Program-made: the position numbers and the translations under genes
The notes under the pieces: generated by a model
What the model was told of the DNA's origin: nothing
Seen by the model: only the letters and a program-made list of their open reading frames with translations
Databases searched by the model: none
Assembly: GCA_038087875.1 (NCBI GenBank)
Contig: CM075982.1
Coordinates: 12,152,001 to 12,216,000 of the forward strand
Direction of reading: 5' to 3'
Length of the DNA stretch: 64,000 nucleotides
Origin: Malacoraja senta
Taxonomy: Eukaryota
Shown here: in pieces, positions 24,830 through 37,524 of the stretch
Position numbering within the stretch: the stretch's first letter is position 1
How the letters are laid out: every line of letters starts with the position of its first letter

Positions 24830-24886
24830 GTGTGCCAGGGGCAGTTCCAAATACTGGACTAGGAGGTCAACTAGGAGTTATACCAG
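24830..24886 (+). CDS. ELN: ELN hydrophobic exon GVPGAVPNTGLGGQLGVIP (57 nt)
   Basis: catacag|gtgtgcca...ataccag|gtactt. Confidence 0.9.
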
Positions 24887-25172
24887 GTACTTGGACCTAA
24901 ATACTTATGTTGTCCTGTTCCAACTCTGGAGTTTCAGACTTAAACTGTAGTGCATACTCTAAAACCAAGTTAACCCAAAATATCCTGATATATGAACATA
25001 AATTAATGGATGTATTCAATAGTGGGCATTCAACCAGTAGTATCATTCTTTTTTCATCTTAAATATTTCAGACTTCAAGAATAATAGTTGATGTTTATAA
25101 TACTGCAAGATCAACTCTATAAACAGATGATCTTGGCTATTTCCTTACACTCTCAATCTTTTAATATTGTAG

Positions 25173-25208
25173 GTGGAGCAGGTGCAGCTAAAGCAGCTAA
25201 ATATGGCG
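25173..25208 (+). CDS. ELN: ELN cross-link exon GGAGAAKAAKYG (36 nt)
   Basis: attgtag|gtggagca...tatggcg|gtaaat. Confidence 0.92.
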
Positions 25209-27504
25209 GTAAATATTCATATTCATTAAATTTAATACACTACAGTGTACAGTTAGCAATTTATTATTTTCTCTGTGAGATTAAATTAATGCTGTCAAAG
25301 ATAGTCATTAAAGATTACCCACCAGAAGGCACAGTTGCACCAATAGCAGTATCATTATGTTTTTTGTTATCACTGAGTAATTAAATGTTTATAGAAAGCA
25401 AATTGCTTCCATAGAACTGGCTGCATAGAACTACAAGATTGATGTGTGTGCACCGGGGTAGAAATTAAAATTGGTTCAATAAGTTTATGTGCACTGGGGT
25501 AAATGTATTAAGAATTTAATTGAACGTTTGTTTTTTTTGTAAATATGTAATTATCCTTCATATTATTTGTGAGTAGATTCAGTTAATTGTACTTCTGTTA
25601 CTGATGAAAGACTGTTATGAGGTCGATTTTTAATCTAAACTAATGGTTGAGCACGTTACATTATTTTCGAAAGTGCTGGCATTTGAAATGATCCAATTAG
25701 GCTGCATAAGCAAATGACTACGTTATTTTAATCACTATTGCAACAATGTCTCAAGGATAATGATAACTGTTTCATTTGTTTGTATTGAAGTAGTTTACAG
25801 AGATATGTGCTGCTTCACTGAAGCATATTTTTCTTAATAGCACTAAAGTAGTTCCCTGTTTGTTCGATCTAGAGGTTCAAAAACTATTTATCTTTGGCCT
25901 CAACACTTGACCATCTATGCACTTTTGAAATCAAGACCAACAGGAATAGAAATTCATTTGTTCATTTAAAACATGCACTAACATACACTGCAGAGAATTC
26001 CGTGCTAGTTTATCATTGTTTGGTAAGTGCACCTGATGCAGGTAGTCAATTCCATGCTTTTCCACACCATTGTAGAGGCTGTTTTGAATCCCCTGCAGTT
26101 ATCTCAACAGAGTGCCTCACAATTGTATCTCACACATACATGCTCCGTTATCCCACCATAATGAGGACACACTTATATCATTGCGCCACGACAAGGAGGA
26201 AGAAACAATAATGATTAAATCCACAGATGACAATGCATTCTCTGAATTTCCTGTCATATACCTCTTTGATTTTCTTGACAATTTTACTCACTAATCCAGG
26301 GCACATTCAGAGAGGCAATCCACGTACAAATCTGGTAAAAATAAAATAAAAAACACAATTTATAGTTGGAAAATTAAACAGCAGGTTAGATAGACTCAAT
26401 TGCTTCAATCCATGAGCTGAATATAAATATGAACTATTTTCTGCCTTTGGGGACCTACGGGTAAACTTTTTCATGCAGAGGATAGCGCGTAGATGGAATA
26501 AGTTGCCAGAAGAAGTGGCAAAGGCAACAACAATTATGACATTTGAAAGACACTTTGACAGTTGTGTGGATAGGAATGGTTTGGAAGGGTAGCCAGGCAC
26601 AGGCATGGGACTGGTCTCAGTTAGGCCACTTAAATGGCATGGATGAATTGGGCCGAAGGGTGTGTTTCTCTGCTGTGTAGCTCTATGATTCTATAACATC
26701 ACCACCTGCCCTCACCACCCCACCTTCTTTGTTTTGATTGGAAGAAGAAAAGGCAAGTGAAATGCAGAATGTTACATTTTAATTTTAGTTATTGGGAACT
26801 TGTGAGGTTGTTCCATATTTCTTTACAAGCCATGGGGAGGCTATAAGGCTCATCGTGTCTATGCCAGAGCAGCAATCTCACTCCTCCATTAATTTTTCCA
26901 GAAACCAATTATTTCTGCATTTCCATCAACTCCCCCACATCCTACAGCATACCAAGGGACAATTTGTCATGGTCAATTAACCCACTAACCTACATATCTT
27001 TGGGATGTGGGATGAAACCAGAGGAAACCGATATGGTCATAGAGATAATATGCAAATTCCAGGTGGATAGATTTAGAGGTTAGGATTGAACCCATGTCAC
27101 AGGTGACGTAAAGCCTGAAGCTAAAATTGTAGCTACTTTTCTCCAATAGCTGCCAAAACCACTTCCTCTGCATTTTAGGAGGATGAGGGCAACTAACACA
27201 TGGAACACCTCCATTTATGGAACCTGTTCGAGTCACTTAGAAAAATGTTGCCATTCTTTCATGAGCACTGGGTCAAGATCTTAGAAGTTCCCACCTAACT
27301 AGACTGTGGGATTATTTTTTAACATACAAGCTGCAGTGGTTCAAGAAGATGATTTATTACCAAATATTTAAATTTATTTACAGATGAGAATTAAATACTT
27401 GCCTTGTCTATGATGTTCACATTCCACCAATGAGTACATAAATTAATAGACAATGATAGATAAATTTATACTGTAAATAACTGATGATATTTACGCCGTA
27501 TTAT

Positions 27505-30312
27505 TTAGAACACAGAACAGGACCGCATCGGAACAGGCCCTTTGGCTCACAATGTCTGTGCCGAGTATGATGTCAAGTTAAACTAATCTCCACTGCATGT
27601 GACCCTTATCCCTTCAATTCCAGCATATCCATATGCCTATCAAGAAGCCTCTTAAATATCCCAGTCATATCTGCCTCCAGTACCATCCCAGGCAGTGCAT
27701 TCCAGGCATCCACTACTGTGTAAAAAAACTTACCTCACAAATCTCCTTTAAACTTTGGCCCTCTCACCTCAAAGCAATTGTCTCCAGTCTTTGACACTTC
27801 CATCCGAGATAAAGGTTCTGACTGCCCACACTAGCTATATACTTATATCGGGTGTCCCCTAAGCCTCTTTCATACAGGAGAAAACAATCCAAGTTTGTCC
27901 AAACTCTCCTTGTATCTAATACCATCTAATCCAGGCAACATACTGCTAAACATCTGCTGCACTCTCTCCAAAGCATGCACATCCTTCCTGTAATAGGGTG
28001 ACTAGAACTGTGTACATTACTCCAAATGAGGCCTAACCAAAGTTCTTTAAAACTGCAACATGACTTCCTGACTGTTGTACTCAATACCCCAACCCCAAGC
28101 ATGCCATATGCCTTCTTTACCACTCTGTCTACTCGTGTCGCCACTTTCAAAGAGCTGTGATCTTGGATTCCAAGGTCCCTGTGCAATGCTGTTAATGGTT
28201 TTGCCATTAATTATATACTTTCTACTTACAGTATATTAGATCTCCCAAAGTGCAACACCTCGCACTTTCTCAAATGAAACACCATCTGCCATTTCACTGC
28301 CCATCTAGCCGATCCATATCCCGCTGTTTCATTTGACAACCTTTCTCATTGTCCACAACTGCACACATTTTTGTGCAAACTTACTAACTAATCCACTTAC
28401 GTCCAAGTCATTTATATATATATATATATATATATCACAAACAGCAAAGGTCCCTGCACAGATACAGTGCATTCAGAAAGTATTCAGACCCCTTCACTTG
28501 TTCCACATTTTGTTACGTTACAACCTTATTTTTAAATGGATGAAATTCATTTTTTTATCATCAATCTACATACAATAACCCAGAATGAAGAAGCGAAAAC
28601 AGGTGTTTAGAAATGTTTGCAAAGTAATTAAAAAGAAATAACTGAAATATCACAACTGAAATATCACATTTACATAAGTATTCAGACTCTTTGCTATGAC
28701 ATTCAAAATTGAGCAAAATTGTCCGTAGACCTCCGAGACAGGATTCTGTCAAGACACAGATCTGGGGAAGGGTATAAAACAATTTCTGCAGCATTGCAGG
28801 TCCCGAAGAGCACAGTGGCCTCCGTCATTCTTAAATGGAAGAACTTTGGAACCACCAGGACTCTTCATAGAGCTGGCCGCCCGGCCAAACTGAGCAATCG
28901 GGGAGAAGGGCCTTGGTCAGGGAGGTGACCAAGAACCTGATGGTCACTCTGACAGAGCTCCAGAGTTCCTCTGTGGAGATGGGAGAACCTTCCAGAAGGA
29001 CAAGCATATCTGCAGCACTCCACCAATCAGGCCTTTATGGTAGTGACCAGATGGAAGCCACTCCTCAGTAAAAGGCACATGACAGCCCGCTTGGAGTTTG
29101 CCAAAAGGCATGAGTAACAAGATTCTCTGGTCTGATGAAACCAAGATTGAACTCTTTGGCCTGAATGCCAAGCATCACGTCTGGAGGAAACCAGGCACCA
29201 CTCATCGCCTGGCCAATACCATACCTACGGTGAAGCATGGTGATGGCAGCATCATGCTGTGAGGATGTTTTTCAGCGGCAGGAACACGGAGACTAGTCAG
29301 GATCGAGGGAAAGATGAACGGAGCAAAGTACAGTGAGATCCTTGATGAAAACCTGCCCCAGAGCATTCTGGACCTCAGACTGGGGCGGAGGTTCACCTTC
29401 CAATAGGACAACGACCCTAAGCACACAGCCAAGACAACACAGGAGTGGCTTCATGACAAGTCTGTGTATGTCCTTAAGTGACCCAGCGAAAGGCTGGACT
29501 TGAACCCGATGGAACAACTCTGGAAGGACCTGAAAATAGCTGTGTATCGATGCTCCCCATCCAACCTGACAGAGCTTGAGAGGATCTGCAGAGAAGAATG
29601 GGAGAAATTACCAAAATACAGGTGTGCCAAGCTTGTAGCGTCATACCCAAGAAGACTTGAGGCTGTAATCGCTGCCAAAAGTGCCTCAACAAATTACTGA
29701 GTTAAAGGTCTGAATACTTATGTAAATGTGATATTTCAGTTATTTCTTTTTAATTACTTTGCAAAAAAATTTAAACACCTGTTTTCACTTTTATTATGCA
29801 GTATAGTGTGCAGATTGATGATTAAAAAAAATGAATTTAATCCATTTTAGAATAAGGAACAAAATGGGGAAAAAGTGAAGGGGTCTGAATACTTTCTGAA
29901 TGCACTGTACCTGTGTAACTCTACTGCTCACAGACCTCCAGCCAGAATAACACCCTTCCACCACAACCCTGATTTTTATGAGTAAGCCAGTTCTGTATCT
30001 AAAGGACCACGTCATCATGGATCCCATGCATCTTAATCTTCTGGATCAGCCTACCATGAGGGACTTTATCAAATGCCTTACTGAAATTCATATAGACAAC
30101 ATGAACTGCCCTTCCCTCAATGATCACCTTTGTCATCTCCTCAGAAATCTCAATCAAGTTTGTAAGACATGACTTGCTACAGACAAAGCCATGCTGCCTA
30201 TTCCTAATTAACCCATTTTCTTCCAAATGAGAAAATAAATCCTATCCTGAAGAATCCTCTCTTGACGGCTTCCCAAACATTGACGTGAGGCTCACTGGCC
30301 TATAATTTCCTG
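27505..30312 (-). mobile_element. Degenerate CR1 LINE interrupted by a Tc1 element
   Basis: QHGFV.SKSCLTNLIE, FSKAFDKVPH, DLGIQDHSSLKVA peptides on both sides of the Tc1. Confidence 0.9.
28465..29907 (+). mobile_element. Tc1-family DNA transposon with decayed DD34E transposase
   Basis: TA|cagtgcattcagaaagtattcagacccc...gaatgcactg|TA, long TIRs, paired-like HTH (LRDRILSRHRSGEGYKTIS...GRPAKLS), WSDETK, DNDPKH, DLNPME with 34-aa D-E spacing; stops, frameshifts and a lost ATG. Confidence 0.95.
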
Positions 30313-30347
30313 AATGACTCTGTGACACTCTTCTGTTGGCATTGCAG

Positions 30348-30392
30348 GTGGCCGAGGAGCTGTACCTGGAGTTCAGCCAGGAGTCATACCTG
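30348..30392 (+). CDS. ELN: ELN hydrophobic exon GGRGAVPGVQPGVIP (45 nt)
   Basis: cattgcag|gtggccga...atacctg|gtaagt. Confidence 0.9.
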
Positions 30393-31574
30393 GTAAGTTG
30401 ATTTCTGATGTCGGGCGAAACATGTAAATTGTGATTGTGTATTCACGTGGCCATGCTTTCAGTATGCAGAGCCATTTATGAATTATTGTGCCAGAAGAAA
30501 TTAACTTGTGATTGACCATGAGAAAAAAAAATTGGGGTTAATGCCATGTATCCAGGGAACTTGCATTACCTTCTGATTCTACACTGCAATATTTCACCAA
30601 CAATTTGAATGTAAGGGCAAAGTATATAGTTAATAACAAGACCCTTAGCAGTATTAATGTACAGAGAGATCTTGTTGTTGAAGTCCACAGCTCCTTGAAA
30701 GTGGCAATACAAGAAGATAGAAAGGAAATAACAGCAGATGGTATACTTGGTACATGGTATCCTTCATTGGTTGAGGCATTGAATATAAGAGCCAGGAAGT
30801 TATGATACCACTTTAGTCCACATTTGGAGCATACAGTCCTGGTTGCCCCATTACATGAAGGATGTGGAGGGTTTGGAGAGAGTGCAGAAGAATTTTACAA
30901 GAATGTTGCCTGGATATTGTGGCAATAGTTAATTTTGTGTGTGTTAAGTATTAGATAGGAATGATGAATGGTGGAGATCATTTTTGATTGAGTAATGGAG
31001 TTGTAATACATGGGACAATGTTTGAGTAGAGTGGTGCATTTTTTGATAGATGATTTTTGTTGATGACCTTAAACTCATATGAGATTATTAAACTGTATCC
31101 GGAATTAAGACTAGGTTTTAGTAACATTATTTCCTCCATCAATCACCCATCCATTGCTTTCTTTATTTCCAAAGGAGGTTTCTGGGCGCAAGTTGACCAC
31201 CACTTAAGCTACGATGTTGATGTCAACATCGGCAAAACAAGATTCTCATACTCTGATGTATATCTCCACCCTTCTGCACAATGCTCTCCAAATAGTATTA
31301 TGACTTCTAATGATTAGCTCCTTTTATTTCTTTGAATCTTTGTACAGGCCCCATGTATTAAAATCCTAAGTTGAGCTCTGCTAGACAATGGCATGCCTTC
31401 TTGTGCACTGCCACATTGCCACTTTTAGTCAGTAGGTACAATGGAAAACTTTGGGATGTATAATAGTGGTTAATAAACTACATGAATTAAATTAATCTTC
31501 GTCACCTTTCAGCCAAATCAACATCACATATGCGATGTAATTTTCTTATCTTATCTTTTCTGTTATTAATATAG

Positions 31575-31598
31575 GAGTTCAAACTGGATCAGTAGCAG
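31575..31598 (+). CDS. ELN: Probable ELN micro-exon GVQTGSVA (24 nt)
   Basis: T-rich tract, atag|gagttcaa...gtagcag|gtacag; phase 1, 3n. Confidence 0.6.
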
Positions 31599-33004
31599 GT
31601 ACAGTCATTTTATCTTAACATTGTCAGAGTGTAGCAAAATTCTGCAATTATCATCATTTCATTGGCAGGGCTTCCCTATTTACTGAGCCAATGAAAACAT
31701 AATAAAATAAAACCAATTTGATTTAAGAGAAGGTTAATTTTAATCTGTTTCAACTATTACGTGAACAATCGAATAGTACAAATGATATATTGCCTTTGCT
31801 AATTGTTCAGTTATGTGATCAACACCAAGTTATGGAATGTAAGGGTGGGAAGTCGGCACCTCTAATACTCCCAGTAAAGTCATTTAGGATGGGTTTAGCT
31901 TACTGGATGGAAGTATGCCAAAATATTCACACATCAGCTCAGCAACCAATCTGTATGTCCTTGTTCAGGAAGGTTCTCAACATATGGTCTTGTGGAAATT
32001 ATAATTGACTTGCAATTCAACAACAGGAAATCCAGAGCTGCTACCTTTAGCTTCAAAAGAAGTGTTGCATCATTTTGAACTTTATTTATGATCTAGCATT
32101 TCCGGGACAGGAAACAAATAAATGGAAAGTGTTCACTATGTAATTGTAAAATAAATAAATAAAATATTTAATGAAATATTACCAAAAATAACAGCAGCAG
32201 CTGTGGAAATAATGTCCACTGAAGTAATGTTTATCTGTTGCATTAAAAAAAAAAATCACATACATGTCACAAGTATATTTTTCTTCATATTTCTCTGAGC
32301 TTAACAAAGCACCTGTCATTGCAGACACCCTCATGGTTATAGATGCAGACATTTAAGAAAGCAAGTGGTATAAAGCAAAATAATTGAGTACAAGAGCAGA
32401 TATGTCCTTAGGCAGTCACACAGGTCCTTAAGAATAGTGTATAGTTTTCATCTCGTACGAGGAGAGCTACTCTTGTCCTGGAGGGAGTGCTATGAGGGTT
32501 TACCATACTAATTCTTGAGATAGCAGAACTGACATTTAAGAGGAATTGGGATGATTTGGCTTTTATTTAGAAAAATGAGAGGGGAAAATTAGAGAATACT
32601 AATGGGATTGGCCAGATGGGATGGGGAAATATATTCCTAACAGTGAGGAGAAAACTTAGGATTACAGCCGAAGGATATGAAATAGACCCTTTACGACTGA
32701 GATGAGGAGAAATTTCTTCAAGCAAAATGTTGAAAATCTGTAGAATTCTCTACCACAGAATATAGTTAATGTCAAATAATTAAATATATTTTATATTAGA
32801 TATATTACCAATGACAAAATAGATCAAGAGATTTGGTGGAAAATCAGGAAATAGGTGCTGAATTTGTATGATCAAGCATGATCAAATTGAATGGCAGAGC
32901 AGGTTCATAATAGCCAATGGCCTAATCTTACTATTTTCAATGGATATTAAGTAACTAAAGTAATTCAGAATATTGATGTCTCTTTTCATGAATTATTATT
33001 ACAG

Positions 33005-33025
33005 GTATCCCAGGTGATTTAACAG
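33005..33025 (+). CDS. ELN: Probable ELN micro-exon GIPGDLT (21 nt)
   Basis: attacag|gtatccca...ttaacag|gtacaa; phase 1, 3n, GIPG motif. Confidence 0.6.
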
Positions 33026-33533
33026 GTACAATTATTTGTTCTTGTTTTTTACCTAGATGTTGTGATGTTAATACCATAACCATTTCAGGAAACATTACAG
33101 CCAAAAAGTCTGTACCATTATTGAACACAAATTATTGTCCGTCCATAATTACCCCTGAACAGAAGACCCAGTGAAGAGTCAACCACTTTGGTTGGTCTGG
33201 GGTTTCAAATGGGTCAAACTAGATGAGAATGGTAGATTTTCCCTCCTTAATCAAACCAGATGAGTATTTGCAACAATAAAGTAATTCATGATAATCAGTA
33301 TCAGTATTATAATTTTAACGCTGGATCTATTTAATATCTTGGTTGGATTAGAATTGGGTCTACAAATGATTTGTCCAAGCCTCTCAATTTTGCTCCAAGT
33401 ACTCAACCACCATGCAACTGTACTCCTTATAACATAAATGCTTCAGCAGAATTCATAACAACTAATAGGTACAGGGAGTCCATTGGAAACGTTCTAAAAG
33501 AAAGCAAAAGTAGATAAAAGTAATGATTAACCT

Positions 33534-33632
33534 ATCAGTCTGAAGAAGTGTTTCGGCCCGAAACGTTGCCTATTTCCTTCCCTCCATAGATGCTGCTGCA
33601 CCCGCTGAGTTTCTCCAGCATTTTTGTGTACC
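33534..33632 (+). mobile_element. Penelope-type short insert, single arm
   Basis: agtCTGAAGAagtgtttcggcccGAAAcgtt; 13-bp TSD taatgattaacct (33521-33533 / 33633-33645). Confidence 0.85.
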
Positions 33633-34171
33633 TAATGATTAACCTTCAGGATTAAATATATTACACTATTGGCAAAACTGGATACCAAGCAACATTTTTT
33701 TTATTGGACATCCCATAAGGGTACATCAATCAGTGTGTTTATGTCAATTCTATTTATAAAGATGGTTTGGATTCAATCTTCCAGATTTTGCCATGTAAAC
33801 AAATGGCAGCAGCCCCCACTGTTATATTTATATCAACAGATAGAATGTCAGAATGGGTCTGGTTCTGATGGTCGGACTGATGTAAGTGTAAGGGGGTGAT
33901 GTTATTGTTGCAATGGCACGGGCACACAGGGCTTAGCTTAGAATTTTATGGCTTTATATGGAAATTTATGTCAATTTCATTGTTGTAGCCTTTTGAATTA
34001 ATTTGTTAGCTGTTCAATGACAAAACAAAATCTATCCAAATAAAGCTTGCAACAGGTTTGCAAAGTTGTCTCGACTTTATTTCTCTAATGCTTTGATAAA
34101 ATAACTGAAAAAGCACAAACATATATCTAAAAAAATGTTAAGCATGAGTTACTATTTATTGGATTGAACAG

Positions 34172-34213
34172 GCGATGTACAGATGATTGATTTATCACTA
34201 ATGGTGATTCTAG
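34172..34213 (+). CDS. Weak candidate exon GDVQMIDLSLMVIL (42 nt)
   Basis: gaacag|gcgatgta...attctag|gtatga; phase 1, 3n, open frame, but the peptide is not elastin-like. Confidence 0.25.
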
Positions 34214-34795
34214 GTATGATTTAATGCAAATGTACTTCATTATATTGTTCATTGCTACATAGCTTTTACATTACAATAAATTCTGTCCTTATCGTAGAAA
34301 TTATGAAGATAAATCGGAATGATGTTCAGTTTCATTGCTTAAAAGAATAAGTCAACTGATAAAATAAAGTTCTGTTGGCCTGCCTGATTCAATATTTAGG
34401 CTGTTCTTTAATTGGGAGTGCATAGCTGCCACCTCAAATGGTTGGATACATTTTTAACTATAATAGTTGTTACCAGAATGAATTGCATTTTTTGTGTCAA
34501 AATTGGTGGAGTGTGCACACTATATACTAGTCCACTTTCTCATGGAAATAAATACTTGTGGAGGTAATTGGGGTACTCGGATGTAATGCACACTATCTAT
34601 AATTTAGCATTTGCTATATATTATTTTCTTTTTAATGCTTTATTCATATTTTGGAGATTCACTGGTTGAAATATTTTACATATACAGTAGATCTTATACA
34701 GAAAGCCATTGATTTTTAGAATATTACATTCAGTTCTACTTCGTATTTAATTTATCTCTACTCTGTTGTAACTAGTCAATCCTCTGTCATTGCAG

Positions 34796-34831
34796 GCAGT
34801 TATGCCGCAGCTAAAGCAGCTAAATATGGAG
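34796..34831 (+). CDS. ELN: ELN cross-link exon GSYAAAKAAKYG (36 nt)
   Basis: cattgcag|gcagttat...tatggag|gtaagt. Confidence 0.93.
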
Positions 34832-37330
34832 GTAAGTCATTGTACCCACAACAAAATGAGCATTCAGTACTTTGTAGCTGCAACATATATTTCTTAGGAA
34901 TATATACATCTGTGCATTTTAAAAAGGTAGGCTTCCTGTAAAGTACTGCATTTATAACTGCTAAAGCTTCTTATGTAAAATTAAACTTCAATGATTATAA
35001 AGTTCCACTGTGACAGAATATCTGCATAAATATTACACTTGGATGTGATTAATATTTTACAAAGAACCTGACCCATTACCATTCCCTTCATATTTTTATT
35101 ATCAATATCATGACTGAACTCTGATACCTTTATCTGTTTCATTTAAAATATTCAAATTTCTTGCAATATGGCAAGGTTTTGTTTTTCTCAGTGTTACAAT
35201 GAAATATTAATTTTTAAATTTTAATTTTTTTTAAATCATCCTGCATAGCGCAGCAGATTGAGAAGTAGCTGCTTAACAATCAGTTCTCAACTCAATAAAT
35301 GTTACTTTATTTATTGTTTCAAAATAGAGAGAGGAAATTAGATATGCAATTCCGTAGGCAAGTATAATGGTGATTCTTCCAGCTAGTATAACTTTCTTAA
35401 AACATTATTAAAGAATAACATCTTCTTCAAAACCTCATCATAATAACGATGGATCTGAAGTGAAAAAGTTTTAGATATCCTGTGACAAATGAAATTGTTT
35501 AATATAATATATTGGATTTTATGGGACAGATTAAGCAAGTTAAGGTGTTTAACTAGAAGAATATAAACCCATCGTTTACAAAATAATACATTTTAATGCA
35601 TAGTAATCATGTCTAGACAGCTTAATTTTAAAGTACTGTAGTCTTACATGTTAAGTAATGACCATAGTAGTATTGATTTGTTGTTATACATCTAATATTA
35701 TTTATTGAATAAAAATGAGTAGTACATTATTAATTTTTCAGATCTATTTTTCTGCTATACATGAAATATTTCCATAATCTATTCTCATACAAAGACTATC
35801 CAAATGGGCAACCTACCATGAAAAGGGAAGATTATCATAAACAGTGTCATAAATTTATCATACGCAGAGTGTTATAAGTGTACATGAAAAACTAAAACAT
35901 AAGATACAGTTGGCAAGGGCAGCATTTAGAATAGAAATAGTAAAGGGATAAAGATAAATCCTTGGAGAACACCAAAGGTGATACTATCGATATGGCAAAA
36001 GATGGATGTCATTCATTGATTGCAGTATTTTCTGCTGTTGGATGCCTCTTCGGTTGCACATAAGACATAAGCTGCAGCACTGAGCTCCAAAATTCAATGC
36101 TGTCATCAAATCAGAAGTACTTCCATAACAATGTGAAAAATAGGAGCAGGAGCAGGCCTGTCAGCTCCTCAAGCTAGTTCTGGTATTCAACAAAATCATA
36201 GTGTTTGTGGTAGAATTGATATAGAAGAACAAAATGATGGTTGATCTTCTTTCTCAATTCTACCACAAACACTATTTTCCTGCTTTATCCCTGTATCCAG
36301 TAATTCCCTTAACGTTTTGAATGCAATCAAAGATTCTGCCTCCACAACTTTCCAGAATTCACAACTCTCAGAGCAAAGAAACCCTTGTCACAGTTTTAAA
36401 TAGCCTACATATTTTTGTGACCATGAACCCTTGTTCTGGACTCATTAGTCAGGGGAAACAACCTACCTAAAAAAAACAGATCAAAGCTGTTTTACAAAAA
36501 ATACATAAAGTGCTGGAGTAACTCAGGGGGTCAAGCACTGCTTCTCATTTTTTATTAAGCCATCAAATTATTATTATGAATTTGAGCCATCTCCAAGTGA
36601 AAGGAGTTACCCTGCTAAATGAAATAATTGCACGTGGGAACCATTTCTGTTTAAATGAGATATGCTTTGACAATTATTGTTAACACATTACATCAACGAT
36701 AATCCAGAACATCCAGCGACTTTGGCTTAAAAATGATCTAATAAGTTTTAATAAATTAAGTTTAAACTTTATTAAAATTTCTATTTTTTTCAGAATTAAT
36801 GGTGGATGGTGAACTGTCTAATATATTAAATTTAGATACTGATAACCTACCCCAAAAAAATAAAATGGATTAATATAATGTATTTAATTTCTTCTCATTA
36901 ATGCCCTTATGCTTAAAATGGCCTTTCAGATGACATCCTTTTGCAGTAATCTTCAGAACCGTTTTTTATTGTTCTTGATATGAGATTTTGTCTCATCCAA
37001 TGGTTATTCTCAATTGCTTTACTATGGTTATTTTCTTGAAATATATTTGCTGTTGTATTATGTAGGTATCGGGAACAGTCAGTTGGCAATAAGGAAATAT
37101 GCTATACATATCAATAGCAATAAGTGGACAGTCAAACTATTTTATTGCTGCTCTTTGTGACAGAAAGCTCTGAAGAGGCATCTCTATTCTTCGCTATGTG
37201 GAAGAATTATAAAGAATTCATGTCGTCATGAATGTCTGGATTATTTCATTGTCAGGCAATATTGGCCACAAATCTCTAATATCTTCTTAGTATATAGAAG
37301 GAGTTTGCTATATCAAATTAATAAATACAT

Positions 37331-37496
37331 ATGGTGACGTTTCGGGTCGAGGCTCTTCTTCAGACTCTGAAGAAGGGTCTCAACCCGAAACGTCACCCAT
37401 TCCTTCTCTCCAGAGATGCTGCCTGTCCCGCTGAGTTACTCCAGCATTTTGTGTCTACCTTCAATTTAAACTAGCATCTGCAGTTCTTTCCTACAC
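37331..37496. mobile_element. Penelope-type insert with a short inverted 5' arm; hammerhead core on both strands
   Basis: ggtgacgtttcgggtcgaggctcttcttcag|act|CTGAAGAagggtctcaacccGAAAcgtcacc. Confidence 0.85.
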
Positions 37497-37524
37497 ATAA
37501 TAAATTCTTATCACTGCATTGTAG

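Noticed and set aside
37066-37077. Possible 12-nt micro-exon GIGN
   Set aside because: Too short to support, weak donor, and does not end in the usual G
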